The notes under the pieces are model-generated. The model was not told the origin of the DNA and made no database searches. It worked only from the letters and a program-made list of their open reading frames with translations. From Heptranchias perlo (Eukaryota), in NCBI RefSeq assembly GCF_035084215.1, contig NC_090356.1, forward strand, positions 16,616,001 to 16,680,000: 64,000 bases of DNA, read 5' to 3'. Positions within the stretch are counted from its first letter, which is position 1. Every line of letters starts with the position of its first letter. Below are positions 37,401 through 49,683 of this stretch, piece after piece. Position numbers and translations under genes: made by a program.

Positions 37401-40400
37401 CATTCAATAAGATCATGGCTGATCTGATCCTAACCTCAAATTTAAATTCATGTCCAATTTCCTGCCCGCTCCCCGTAACCCCTAATTCCCTTTACTTCTA
37501 GGAAACTGTCTATTTCTGTTTTGAATTTATTTATTTAATGATGTAACCTTGTAGATGGTGGAAAGGCTTTGGGAAGTCAGGAGGTGAGTCACTCGCCACA
37601 GAATACCCAGCCTCTGATCTGCTCTTGTAGTCACAGTATTTATGTGGCTGATCCAGTTAAGCTTCTGGTCAATGGTGACCCCCAGGATGTTGATGGTGGG
37701 GGATTCGGCAATGGTAATGCCGGTGAATGTCAAGGGGTTAGATTCTTTCTTGTTGAAGATGGTCATTGCCTGGTACTTGTCTGGCACGAATGTTACTTGC
37801 CACTTATCAGCCCAAGCCTGGTTGTTGTCCCCATTTCTGACCTTATGTTGCAGGGAAGGTCATTGAGGTGTTGGTGCCGGGATGCAGTCCCGCTGAAGAA
37901 TTCAACAATTTTTACTACCCACTCGCCTCCAGCCCACCCATTCTTGGGGATTAAAATGACCCCCCTGGAGTCTGTGACTTGGAAGCATTCAGTGTGGCTG
38001 GGTCTTCAGTGCATGTGGTGGGGGAGGAGAAAGATAGTGTCAACAGTTGGAGGTACAGAAGGCTGGAGTATGGGTTCCATCAGGACTCATTGGAAGCTCG
38101 TGACTCATCAGAAGCACGTGAGATTGCTGAGGTTCAGCAGCACTTCAGCAAGGCCTATGGTTTGATTTGCAAGCATGGTGGAGGGATGGGGAATAGAGGG
38201 GCTCCTGGGTTTGGTAATATTAGAGGGGAGGATCTTGGGATTTAGCGGCATTGCTCCTATTTTCCAAAGTGCTGTTGGATATTTTTTATAGCTTTATAGC
38301 TATCCCCTCTCACACTTTCAGAGGACATATTTCAACAGCTAGGTGGGGCGGAGGGAGAGGGGGCCTCATAAGAGGCCACAGTATGAGGAACAGTAGGTAT
38401 ACGAGGGTTGTAGATTGGAGGAGGACTGCAGGAGGATACAAAGATAGGGAGTGGTAAGGCTATGAAGGGATTTAAACACAAGGAATAGAATTTTAAACTT
38501 GAGGTGTTGGGGGACCGGGAGCCGATGCAAGTTAGAAAGGACAGGGGTTATGGGTGCTGGATAGCATAAGAGCAGCAGAGTTTTGGATGCGCTGGTGTTT
38601 AGAGAGGTTGGAGGATGGGAGGCCAGCCAGGATAGCATTGGAATTGTTGAGGCAGAATGTGACAAAGGCATGGATGAGGGTTTGGACAACAGGTGGGCTG
38701 AGCAAGGGAGCAGAGGCGGGTGACGTTATGGAGGTGAAGTAGATTAATCTTTGTGATGGAGAGGACTTGAGTTGGAAGCTCAGCTCGGGGTCAAATAGGA
38801 CAGCGAGATTGCAAACAGTCTGGTTCAGCCTAAAACAATGGCCAGGAAGGGGAGAAAGAATCGGTGGGGGCTGAAGACGACGGCTTTGGTCTTCCCAATG
38901 TTTAACTGGGGCAAACCACGACTCATCCAAGACTGGATGTTGGAAAAGCAGTCTGACAACACAGAGGCAGTGGGAGGGTCGAGCGAGGTGGTGATGAGGT
39001 AGAGCTGGATGTCATCAGTGGATGCTGAACCCGTGGCTGTGAATGATGTCAGCCAAGAAACATATTAAAACTTAAAAAAATAAAAAGCTATAATATCACA
39101 TTTAACTAACGAGCGAGAACAGGAAAGGGGGGCGGAGACAAATGCAGCTGAAAGGAAATTGTTTAAAACAATATTTTTTGCTACACTTTATATAAAATAT
39201 ACCAGCATTTAAAACAGTATATTCAAACAATATAAAGTTAATACTGCAGTAAAGGGTTAGTGCTAACATGTGAACGGCTTTATTTGTTTGAGCACCAAGG
39301 TGAATTAACTGATTTTTTTGTAAGTGACTGCTCCTGGAAGCCTGGTACTGTCGCGATCTAAGGGTTAAGGCAGGATATATGAACAAATACAACTGATTGC
39401 CAGCTGGTTTTCATAACTTTCAGAATTTTTGTAAACTTGGGCAGCAAATGCTGGCCTGAATTTTTACTCCCTCTGTGACTAATCTCCACCCACCGCCTTT
39501 CAGCCCTCATGGAAAATAATCTCCAACATCTTTAACCACGCCATTTTTTTGAAAGCTGACAAAAATTACCAGAAGGTTTCCAGCAGAATGCAAAGCTCCT
39601 GGGCTCGTCCGAGGGCAAATACAGGAATCAGCACCTATTAAAATGAAGGCCTGTCAAAATGCATTCGTCACAACATTCCACGTTTTGTTAAAAATTCTAA
39701 ACAAACATTTTTTAAAAAATTACATTAATTCACATTTTATTCAGGGGGTTTCCCTGGCTGCCTAGTGGGTAAAGGCACTGTCGGGTGTAGCACTAAGCCA
39801 GACAGCCCATTGAATCCCAGTTATACTTGCTGGTCTATGCCGAGAGTTAGCTGATCTCAGTCCAGTTGCTGCAGTTAGCCTCAGTAGCCCCAGGCTAGGG
39901 AGGGGGGAAAAAGACAGGGTTTCTGCTTCGAGTTGCTGACTCATGCTGGAAAGATGGCGGGAGAGCAAAAGCTCAGGCTCCTCCATGCAATAACCTGCTC
40001 AACTTGGCTTTCATTCCCCAGGTACAAAGCCACAGGAGATCCACTAGTAATATATTAAAAATCTTACATCAGCACGAACTTCCTGTCAACTATTTAATTA
40101 TAAATGGAACATTTAAAATGGTAATTGCAGCACCACTACTGACAGGAGGCTGTGATCACCACATGACAGGTTTGCAGAGGCCGTTTCCATTTTAAATGTG
40201 GACACAAGCATTTATAATAGAAGAATACATAAAAATAAGGACAGAATGTATAACTTTAAAATGGGAAATGAACTACATCTGCTCACTCTGGTCCAATTAC
40301 CCCTCCCCCACCCCATGCTCTAACCCTGCTTCATTAGAAGACTATGCTTAGTTTTGACTACCTGTGTGCAATGCCATGGGAGATTGACTAGTACACGTTA

Positions 40401-42700
40401 AACTTTGAACATTTTTGTTTCTTCTTTTCCCACTAATTGTCCTTCATCTGTCCTGAAGGCATTAACTCTGGGACTATGGACACTGGTCGCCCTCTTGTAC
40501 CTCACTCAAGGGGCCATACTTGACAGCAGCGAGTCTTGGCAGGTTATTAGGCCCAGCTGAGCCGATCCTATCCTCACCCAACATCAGCACACAGTTCCAG
40601 CAGTGATCCAAGGGCCTGGAGGCCAGGTATAGCATTAAGGCTGTGATCGGTTAGCTCAACACAGACTGGGAATCGAGCCTGGAGACTACAGTAAGGCTCA
40701 GTTACTCACTACCTTAATCACTTGAACCATCGGGAGAGCTTGCATGAACACAAAAAAAAACATTCTGAAAGAATAATAGAGTATTCAGGAAACACATTTA
40801 CATTTTGCCTATTGCAGAGTACAATATTTATATCATACCTTTCCACCCTTTTCTATTGCATCATGCACTTTCTTCAGAAAGTCTCTTTCTCGGCAACGCT
40901 TTGAGTCTCGGATTGTCGTAGCATATGTAGATTCAGAAATGAATAAATCAGGGCGACACTTGTCAATCCAAGCAGCCCTAAAACAAGGAAAGGCAAGTCA
41001 GGGTTTGACACATTGCTTTTTAAAAAATTATTCAAATCATAGAATCATTGAACGTTACAACATAGAAACAGGCCATTTGGCACATATACTCTGCACTGGT
41101 GTTTTTCTCTACATGAGCCACAGTCTATCATAGAATCTTATAGTACAGAATGCCATTTGGCCCATCATGCCTGTGTCAGCTCTTTGAAAGAGTCCCACTC
41201 CCCATAGCCCTGCAATCCCACCTACCCGCTCACTCCCCGTATACTTTAATATTCCTCTTTTTCAAGAAACTATTTAATTTGTTACTCTAAATAGTTTCTG
41301 TTTGCATATATGCCCCTAAAAAAGCATTTTTCTTCTATAGAGTAGGATATGTTATACTTGTGAGATGAATCCAGCAAGATATTTTCTAACTATCAACAAA
41401 ACACAAGTGAGGTAACCAAAGAATGAGGTAACCAAAGCCTTTGTATTTACCTGAAAAGGTTTTATTATTTAATACATTGAAAATGAAAATGGAACTCAAA
41501 TTAGGATGAGGAAAAGCACTGTCTGTTTGAGTAGCTGTCTTGCTGAGCTAAAAATTAAACAACTGATAACCAATGTTCCCTCTAAATTTTTTTGGCCATG
41601 TGTGGATTGAATTTGGGTTTGTTCACTGATATAAAGGCTGTGTGCGCCACCGTAAAAAAAAAATCACAACTTTGAATAGAACATCTTTTTAGAAAACATT
41701 ATTCAGGGTATAGAACAAATGTACAAAATAATGGATAATTGTAACAATTTAATGTTATATTGGCTGATAAATTTATATAATTTATGAAATGGGTTTCTTA
41801 AGTTGCACTATGATTGAGCAGACCAGTCTTGTTTATATTTTATTAAAAATTATCTGACCGGAACGATTCCAATCAGCTTTTTGTTGAATCAGCTTAATGA
41901 CTCTGATTCAAACAGAAATAAATCGTGTGCAATCAGAATTTTTAAATTGGGTCAGAAATACAAAACAGCTGTGAAATCAGTCAGTGTGAATTTGGGGATA
42001 GGGAACAGTTTAATTAAAGCTTGCTCCACCCTGCCCCCCTCGCCCCATTGAATCCTCAGCAGAGTTTAAAAAATTATTGCATTACAATTGTACATCTTGC
42101 AGGTCTTATTAGTTTTGGCCGCCTCTATGTAAGGCAGGGAGCTGTTTGGTCACGAAGAACCTGAACTGAGGGAGGCAATGGACAAAGATAAAAGGAGACA
42201 ATCCTTGGGGCAAATGAGGGCTTTTGGATAGCAGTTGTATAAAACAATTTAAATTAACTTCATTGTTTTAATTACAATGTACCAATGTGATTGGAAAGTA
42301 TATTTTAGCACAATTGTGGAAGGATCGTTAATAACAGTATTAGGCATTATCTGTGTCAGAATTACTTAATTTGTAAATATAAAATATGGAAATTCATAAA
42401 CAATTATTACAATACGCCCGGTAATTTGGGTTCATTTGTAGTTTACTTCAGAAGCTAACGTCGAATAGGATGGTGTCAAAAACTGTTAATTGCACTAATC
42501 GTAGACTCCCTCCAATGTTATTTGCTACCAATGCATTAAATATGTTTGTCTTTAGACTAAAGTAACAGTTCTCCACAATTCGCACTAGAGGTGAAAAGCT
42601 TTCATTTAATTGAAGCATCTCCTCACACTTTACTGAATCCTCGTGTCCTGAAGTTTTCTGATTGGAAACTCAAATCAGTTATATCATGAAGGGATGGAAA

Positions 42701-42745
<45 letters not shown>

Positions 42746-45700
42746 AAACATTTACACTATATATATATATATATAAAAAAAATATATATAAACTTTTACA
42801 CTTTTTGTCAAATTAGTATATATTTTTATATAAACTGTTTCTTTAATATATTTTATACATTTACACTATTTGTCTGATGAATATACATATATAGATCTCC
42901 ATCCATCGGACAGTATACTATTTGTGGACACTGGTCTCTGAGCAGCTGTACCACTGACCCGCACTAGACGCCAATATCCGCAGTACAATGCTCCCGTCCA
43001 ATCTAACTTTAACTCCCTCCCTTGCTGCAAAGTGATTGGTAGCTGACGTCACCTCAGCAGCATCTCCACCAGAGAGCAGTGGTTTGGTGCGCGGACGGAA
43101 TGATGGCGTGCGCGGCACACAACAAACTGCTGTGCAGCCACGCACGCGCGCAGCTTAAAGGGAACAGTGCTGATAACATATTAAACTTAACCTGAAAAAT
43201 TAATTCTGCGGCTTCTTTTCAAATCATCTAGAAAAACTCAAAGAAACTCAGACATCGATTTACACCATGAGAAAATAAAGCCTTCCAGTTGTGAGTCAGC
43301 ATGTCACTCACTCTGACAGAATCCTACTGATATATGACTATGCCATCGCCCTGGAATCAATCGAGTGATCATTCTGGTGCTTATGAGAATTGCACAAGAA
43401 GCTATGCCAACTACAGAGACAGCAGTCATGCAAGACCTGCCATTTCTTCCCCACCTCCCCTCATTCACCTGCAGGCTTGCGAAACAGATTATAATTTAAA
43501 CTGGGTAATTTCATGAGTCAGTGGTATGTGGGTTTCAGATCCAGCTAATGAATCTCGTATCTTGCATCCAAATCAAAAGCAACAGGGTAACACATTAAAA
43601 GTGGCCAACTGGCTTGAAGACAAGAAATCTGTGAGCTGCTCCATATGAAAAAAACCAAGCTGGTTGAGAGATGACAAAGTCCATTATAGATGTGAATTGC
43701 CAAACTTCATTGTGCCCCCTTTATAAGACAGTACTGCTCTGAACAGAAATATATCCCATTTATGTTGAAGGGTGGATTCCATAAAACCTGTGACAACTGG
43801 GGCATATGCAATCTTGGGCATGCATTGTTCGAAAGTTCACTTCTGGCCACAGAATGGAGAAAGTCCACAGCTGTACAACTGGTCTAATAGACAGGCTGAG
43901 TCCTCAGCTTCCCTGAGACCAGGAAGAAAGGCTGGCTAGGCCAGAAGCAAGTTTTTACATTTAATGCTGGTGGCTCCGGTGAAGAAGCCAAGCACAACCT
44001 CTTCAGTGGGTTTCCGTAGTCCTCCAAAAGCAGTAGCACCAACTCATCTACATTCAGCAATGCTGTCGAATTTGGGTCAGCTACCAATGGCGGTACAATA
44101 AAAAGGACATATACGGAATGTAGGGTTATGTACCCTTATAAAGATGTGTGCTACTGAGACACCTCCTGGATGCCTGTGGTATTACAAATATTCCATGTTG
44201 CACCATAAACATTTTCAATAAAATAGAAAGTATAGTGAAGGGTATACACCCAAAACACTGGCCTGGAATTTCCTCTAATGGTGTAACTGGCAAGTTACTC
44301 ATGAACCTTTAAATATCTATGCACTAGAACGCCCAGGTCTCTCTCTTTCTCCACCTGCTTTAATGCTTTTCCCTAAAGGGTGTACGTATGTTCAGCATTC
44401 ACCCTGCCCACATGCATAACACTGCACTTTTCAAAGTAAAACATCATTTGCCAGTCACAAGCCCAATCCCCCACGCATTAAGATCCGCCTGATGCAATTG
44501 AGCATCGTCTACAGTCCTGACACTCGCACAAATCTTAGTATCATCTGCAAACTTGCAGATCGTGCCCCTAACACCTACACCTACATCTAGATCAAGATCA
44601 AGATCATTAATAAACATAGCAAAGAGCAACGGTCCTAACACCGATCCCTGCGGGACACCACTTTTTTTGTCCCTTTACCTCTTTGCTCATTGAAAAGTAA
44701 TTTCCCTCAGAAGGTTCGGTCTTTCCCGGGTTTATTTTCTGCTCAGCATTTGCTTAAGTTCCTTTTTTGTGCTCCTCCCTTGAGTTAGAAAGAACTCTGT
44801 TGTTGCCAATACATCTGTAGTTTAAAATGTCTCCTGCAAGTTGGAGGCTTTGACTCAGCGCCCACCTCCGCCAGTACTCAGCGATCTGAGCGGAAAGCAG
44901 TGGGCATGGAAATTCAGCATCCAGCCCTATCACTGCAAAAACAAAATCACCTGACACAATATAGTGGCTCGGGAGAGTGCAATCAGAGGGTGGAGACTGG
45001 TTTAAAAAAAAATTATGAGCCTCAGGGAAGCTCTGGGAGGCTAAGTTATATCCATTGCTCAGCATTGAGGAAAAGCAGTAATGTTGTAACATACAGAGTC
45101 ATTCGCCCGCAAACTGCAATTGAAGTAAATAGGATTTGAAGCACAAAAAGAATGAGACGCAATTCAGACTCACCCTAAATGTCGATCTGGTGTCATGTTG
45201 TAATCGCCCTGCAGATATTTTAAAACAAAATAAATACAATGAGAGAGAAAAAAAAAATTACAGGCCAACTTACAAGAAAACTCAAGTAAATTTTTATATT
45301 TTGTTGATGAGGCTTGTGACCCGTTCTCAGCGTCCTTGTACTTTAAATAAATTGAAGACCCAGTCTTTGCTTTCAGTCAGGCTTCAGTGGAGCGCTACAA
45401 ATAACCTCAGCACATCCTGGGCTAGGCAGGCAGGAAAGGCCAGCCTAAGTTCCACCCCTGATTGCTATCCAGTGGCTCGTGCTGGAAAGTGTGGATGTGT
45501 GAACGCTGAGTGCGAACATGATTTAATTTGGTTGTGATGCCCCCCACGACTCAGTAGCCTGCCAGCACTCACAGTGTAAACTCGCACGTGACAATGGCTA
45601 TTGCAGGCCACCAAATACCGACAGAACCATAGTCCAGCATCAGTCAACGGCTTCAGTAAAGGTGAAAGTAAATAAAAAAATAAACGGGACAAAAGTGGCT

Positions 45701-48410
45701 ACTATATGTGATCACTCAGAATATTGAGTATCACAGCATGTGGATCTCTCAGCGTATCTGGCACTATGATTCCCACAGTACACTATACAAGTAGTTCAAT
45801 GTAATGAGAGATATTATAGTACCTCAATGATGATTAGTATCCAAGATGGCACGGCCAATTAAAAAAAAATAACATTTAAATCAAAATAATTAACTTTGAG
45901 CCTTGAAGCAATTGCTTGGCATTACTCTCTTGTAGTAATAAATGAATAGTGTAGTTGCCTGAGGTTCATTCATACTCACAGTATACACCACCGATTCTGA
46001 GCCCACCCGGATGTGAACCATGGCTGCACCGAGCACATGTCCAGCGTAATATGCTTTAATTTCGAGCTCATCATCAACCTAGAAGATCATTTCAAAAATA
46101 CGAATCAGTATCTTCCAATTCAGGCAGACAATTCTAGAAGCCCTGTTTGCAGTGTAGCACCAGGATATGCTGGCAGGCAGTATAGCATGGGAAGTCAGTG
46201 AATCATTCTGTACTTGGATCAAGAGGCAGAGTAGAAAAACCTTTTATTGTAGCTAACATTACGACAAAAACCCTATACAGGCCTCACCTAAAATACTATA
46301 AGCCTGGACATCAAGGTCAGATTGGTATATTATCTATGTACCCCGTGCATCTATTCCTCTAGTACAAGTTAAAAATATTTTCTTACTTTTTAAACAAAGG
46401 AGTGTAACCAATACATTGCTTACCTGTACTGTTTGATGCAGATGAACAGCTACAACTTTCTTCATGCAGTCTTTTATCATCTGAGAAGTAAAGAAGTTGG
46501 TCTCTCCTTTCTTATCAACTGTAATCTTCCTATAATCTTCTAAAAGGATTGGACAAATGGCTTTTGTAGGGTGTGTCATGTATATAGGACCATCGTAACC
46601 AATCATCTCACTCATGTATGGAAGGGCACCACAGTGGTCCAGGTGAAAATGACTGTTAAGAACAAAGATTATATTGTAAACACTACAATAAGTGCACATT
46701 TTTTTAAATCTCAGAAATTTAGGATTAATTTTGTAAAATGCTTGCTTTGAGATCAAGGCTAGGACATTAACAGTTCATCTATCACCTACATTTTTCAGGA
46801 ATCCCTTTAGGATTCATCCAGTCTCTTCTCTCTATAGACTCTAAATGGAGGATGATTTTTACAGGCCGCAAAAAAGAAAACAGATTCTATGTGGAACTAA
46901 AGAAAATCTGTCACAGCGCACTAAAATAATCCTTACATTTGGAAAATAATAGTGAAACCTATTTTAAATCTTTTGGGACTAAAATAATTGTTTGTGACAG
47001 ATTGCTGACACATCAAGCAAAATACTGCAGATGCTGGAAATCTGAAATAAAAACAGAAAATGCTGGAAACACTCAGCAGGTCAGGCAGCGTCAGTGGAGA
47101 GAGGAAGGTAGGGTTACCGTTTCAGGTCTAGGACCATTCGTTAGGGTTCTGACAAACTACAGTTTTTCCAGAATGCCGTGGATCATGTCCTCTCCTACAC
47201 AAAGTTCCACATCGCATTCTTACCAAGCTACACTGGCTTCTTGTACCTGAACAGATCAATTACAAGGTTCTTGTCCTCATGATTAAATCACTATGGCCTC
47301 ACTTCACTACACCCTATCACCTCTATTGTGCATGTACCCTCCACTTCTCCAGCTCTACTGTCATTCCCTACTCTCGCCTCTCCGCCATTAGATGTTCCTT
47401 CAGTACCTACTGGAATCAGTGGAATGAAAATCGAGCTGGTTCTGTAACAGCGGGTGATCTGCAGCGCCAGATTACCGCCCATGTGGTGAAGGAGAAAATT
47501 TACCTCGAAGTCTCCAAGTGATCAGTGCTTTAATAATGTACGTTGATTTTTGGTCAAAAAGAGGAAAATATGGCCCTTTATTCCTTACTTATTTCCAATA
47601 AAATTCAAAATAAGCACTACAGCCAGGAGCCATGCCTCCTCTATACCTCTACCTCTGCTCCAATAATCTATGAGAGAAACATTTACCTGATGATGACACA
47701 GTCGAGGAATTCTGTCAGTCTTCCATTTTGAGTTATGTAAGAGAAATCAGGAAAGCGTCTCTGAAATAACAATAAGAAGCAATAAATCACAAACTACCGT
47801 ACTGAGCCACACGGACCAGGAAAGTTCTGGTTCAACTCCCAGTCTGTGCGACTAGAGCAGCTGGGGAGCAACAATTGGCCTTAAGTGTCCCTGGTTGACT
47901 AGAATTCCTTTTCATCATCACTATCAAGTGACGCCTAGTGCACGTGTGTGGGTGGGTGAAGAGGGGGATCAGGCTTGGCTATGATGCTCCCTAATGTCAA
48001 ATATCCTGCCAGTATTCCAGGCTCACACTCGCAGACTGGCATCTTGGACAAGGCACCAGAGGCTGTGAAACTTTATCCCACAGAATGAGTCAGCAGCATC
48101 CAGGTCTGTACAGGATATTCCTTTATATAATAATTGCTCAGCCAGTGAATACTGCACTATTTTCTCACATTTTTCTGCTATTCTATAAATACATTTACTT
48201 ACATCATCATTATATCCCATGTGCATTCCACAATCCAGCATCACGTTTTTCCCACCAATTGTGACCAGGATACAGCTACGGCCCACATCCTGGCCCGCCC
48301 CTGAAAAAGCAAGGACTTGTCACTTTGTGAGCTCATTGTACTATGAATTACATCCCTTAAATCTTAATGTCTGAATTCTTACCCAACGGTGTGACTTTTA
48401 TTTCAGGCAT
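19394..48410 (-). CDS. INTS11: Integrator complex subunit 11 (CPSF3L), MBL/beta-CASP endonuclease; 17 coding exons, 601 aa
   Basis: Exon lengths of 28, 98, 74, 229, 99, 35, 139, 65, 190, 84, 90, 163, 108, 62, 143, 130 and 69 nt total 1806 nt in one open frame, with all introns GT-AG. Peptides [52 protein letters not shown] and DEELGSYL match vertebrate INTS11. Confidence 0.97.
22550..23060 (-). mobile_element. Highly degenerate RTE-like LINE fragment in an INTS11 intron
   Basis: Broken minus-strand peptides [22 protein letters not shown] resemble the RTE motif WTLT...LNAFHHRCLRRILGI; ISKAATS resembles RIGKAAT. Confidence 0.45.
23225..23354 (-). CDS. INTS11: INTS11 coding exon 16
   Basis: [43 protein letters not shown]; AG/GT flanks. 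Confidence 0.93.
25318..25460 (-). CDS. INTS11: INTS11 coding exon 15
   Basis: [31 protein letters not shown]...IYNHLK; AG/GT flanks. Confidence 0.93.
25561..25622 (-). CDS. INTS11: INTS11 coding exon 14
   Basis: [20 protein letters not shown]; AG/GT flanks. Confidence 0.92.
26945..27390 (+). mobile_element. tRNA-derived SINE (Deu-domain/SacSINE1-like family)
   Basis: A box TGGCTCAGTGG, B box-like GATTCAAGTCC, and tail AAGGTGCTATATAAATGCAA. Colinear copy at 34950-35455. Confidence 0.75.
27400..27775 (-). mobile_element. Second SINE family, old copy (others at about 33340-33700, 39745-40020, 40430-40740, 45340-45690, 47800-48070, 52900-53275, 55020-55370, 56130-56700)
   Basis: Shared blocks such as gctaactcagcacagacc and gttagctgatctcag...ccccaggctagggaggg recur on both strands. 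Confidence 0.6.
27866..27973 (-). CDS. INTS11: INTS11 coding exon 13
   Basis: [35 protein letters not shown]; AG/GT flanks. Confidence 0.93.
29237..29441 (+). mobile_element. Non-autonomous palindromic Penelope-type element with 14-bp TSD
   Basis: Direct repeat ACAACAATTGTCTA at 29223-29236 and 29442-29455; internal ~170-bp palindrome 29236-29406. Confidence 0.85.
29316..29354 (+). ncRNA. Minimal type I hammerhead ribozyme
   Basis: GUCAC-CUGAUGA-A-GGAGG-aag-CCUCC-GAA-AGCU-U-GUGAU: core CUGAUGA and GAAA, 5-bp stem II, stem I GUCAC/GUGAU, palindromic AGCU stem III, as in Penelope-associated minimal hammerheads. Confidence 0.8.
30404..30566 (-). CDS. INTS11: INTS11 coding exon 12
   Basis: [54 protein letters not shown]. 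Confidence 0.95.
31215..31900 (+). mobile_element. Degenerate CR1 LINE fragment
   Basis: Peptides [11 protein letters not shown]...[12 protein letters not shown] and EYCIQICS...[10 protein letters not shown] are typical of the CR1 ORF2 C-terminus. Confidence 0.75.
32534..32623 (-). CDS. INTS11: INTS11 coding exon 11
   Basis: [30 protein letters not shown]. Confidence 0.95.
32743..32826 (-). CDS. INTS11: INTS11 coding exon 10
   Basis: [28 protein letters not shown]. Confidence 0.95.
33775..34260 (-). mobile_element. Degenerate CR1 3' fragment
   Basis: The atcatagaat...ggccactcggccc tail motif and body resemble the other CR1 copies (about 41030-41300 and 48770-49480). Confidence 0.55.
34461..34650 (-). 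CDS. INTS11: INTS11 coding exon 9
   Basis: [63 protein letters not shown]. Confidence 0.95.
34950..35455 (+). mobile_element. tRNA-derived SINE (same family as 26945-27390)
   Basis: TGGCTCAGTGG A box, GTTCAAGTCC B box, colinear body and tail. Confidence 0.75.
36811..37870 (-). mobile_element. 3' part of the same APE-RT LINE family as 10116-13322, interrupted by a CR1 tail at about 37341-37545
   Basis: [31 protein letters not shown] and [19 protein letters not shown] on the minus strand; same 3' tail and A-tract. Confidence 0.9.
38365..39050 (-). mobile_element. L2-type LINE fragment
   Basis: LIHAFVT...[10 protein letters not shown]...QRIQNSAA and [31 protein letters not shown]. Confidence 0.8.
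39570..39634 (-). CDS. INTS11: INTS11 coding exon 8
   Basis: [22 protein letters not shown]. Confidence 0.95.
40839..40977 (-). CDS. INTS11: INTS11 coding exon 7
   Basis: [46 protein letters not shown]. Confidence 0.95.
41571..43169. mobile_element. Non-autonomous hAT-superfamily DNA transposon, 1599 bp
   Basis: TIRs caatgttccctctaa / ttaaagggaacagtg (13 of 15 match); perfect 8-bp TSD CTGATAAC at 41563-41570 and 43170-43177. Confidence 0.88.
42701..42790. repeat. (TG)n(TA)n microsatellite
   Basis: Directly visible dinucleotide runs. Confidence 0.9.
44290..44662 (-). mobile_element. CR1 RT fragment
   Basis: [21 protein letters not shown]...CKFADDTKI. Confidence 0.8.
45174..45208 (-). CDS. 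INTS11: INTS11 coding exon 6
   Basis: [12 protein letters not shown], 35 nt; AG/GT flanks. Confidence 0.93.
45980..46078 (-). CDS. INTS11: INTS11 coding exon 5
   Basis: [33 protein letters not shown]. Confidence 0.95.
46424..46652 (-). CDS. INTS11: INTS11 coding exon 4
   Basis: [42 protein letters not shown]...HQTVQ, containing the HxHxDH metal-binding motif. Confidence 0.96.
47016..47155 (-). mobile_element. Penelope-like terminal-repeat remnant with decayed hammerhead core
   Basis: Same repeat as 51159-51294; the minus-strand core reads CUAACGA...GAAACGGU. Confidence 0.65.
47687..47760 (-). CDS. INTS11: INTS11 coding exon 3
   Basis: [24 protein letters not shown]. Confidence 0.95.
48203..48300 (-). 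CDS. INTS11: INTS11 coding exon 2
   Basis: [32 protein letters not shown]. Confidence 0.95.
48383..48410 (-). CDS. INTS11: INTS11 coding exon 1 (start codon)
   Basis: MPEIKVTPL(G) followed by a GTAAG donor; likely acceptor at 48427-48428 just upstream. Confidence 0.93.
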
Positions 48411-49499
48411 TCGCAACCAGGTTTCCCTGCACTATGAGCTTGTGAGATCTCAGTGATGAAATCAGTCACTCATCCTAAATTTGGTAAAACACATCTGTTA
48501 AGTTTAAAGCAGACAATATCAGCAAAATTGCATCATGAGAGATCATTTGGCTCAGCTGTTGGCTGTCTCCCATACATAGGGAAAGGGGAGGGGAGAGTGT
48601 CTCTGTGTACTGGGGAGAGAGAGGGGAAAGGAGTGGTAGTGTGTACTGAAGGGTGGGGAAGAAAAGTGCCTCCATGTCACTGTGATAACCTTAGAAACAA
48701 TTTTACAACAGCTTAATAATCGGATTTAGTAACTGAGCGTACTAATATATATCCATAATTGCCGCTAAATAAGTGGTGGAATCATAAAATTTACACCATG
48801 TGGAGTTGGATCTTCAACGAAAGCTATTTATTCTAATCACATTCCCCTGCCCTCTTCCTATATCCTTCTACAAATGTCCTTTTCAAATACTTATTCAATT
48901 TCTTTTTTATGTGATGTTATAGTCTCAACCTCAAAAGCCACTTGTATAAAGCATTCCATGTTCTTATATGCCTGTGTGGAAAAGTTTATGCTAACTTTCC
49001 CCTTCATTCTTCCAGTTGTAATCCTCAATCTTGTTGCCCTATGCCAACCAGTGGAGATGATATTTCACTGTTGACCCTTTAAAATCTTTCATAACTTTGA
49101 AAACCTCTATTAAATCTCTACTTAACCATCTCTGTTCCAGTGAAAAAAGACCCAATTTTTGAGCCTATCTTCATTACTATAAGCTTCTATTCCTGGTATT
49201 TTTGACTGATTACAGCTCTGTGAAACACCTTGGGACATTTTTCAACATTAAAGGCACTAGATAAATGCAACTTGCTGTTGGTATCATTGTAGTGAACCTT
49301 CACCGTACCATTTCCATGGCTCTAATAATGGGGTGCCTCAAACTGCACACAATACTCCAACTATGGTCCAACTAATGTTTTGTACAAATTAACTTCCTTA
49401 CTTTTATATTCAATGTATAAAACCCAGAATCCCATTTGCTTTTCGTGGCCTTTTCAACCTGCACTCACTTTCACCTGTAAAAATCTACGCAAGATCTAT

Positions 49500-49683
49500 G
49501 GGTATGATAGTGTTGTGGTTATGTTACTGGACTAGTAATCCAGAGACCTGGACTAATTATCCAGAAAACGTAAATTCAAATCCCACCATGGCAGCTTATG
49601 AATTTGAATTCAGTTTAAAAGAAAACTGGCGTCAGTAAAAAAATGACCATGAAGCGGTCAGGTTGTTGTAACAACCCAACTAG
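49500..49683 (+). mobile_element. tRNA-derived head fragment, same family as 10116-10430
   Basis: gtggttatgttactggactagtaatccagag...ttcaaatccc; perfect ctgga/tccag anticodon-like stem. Confidence 0.7.
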
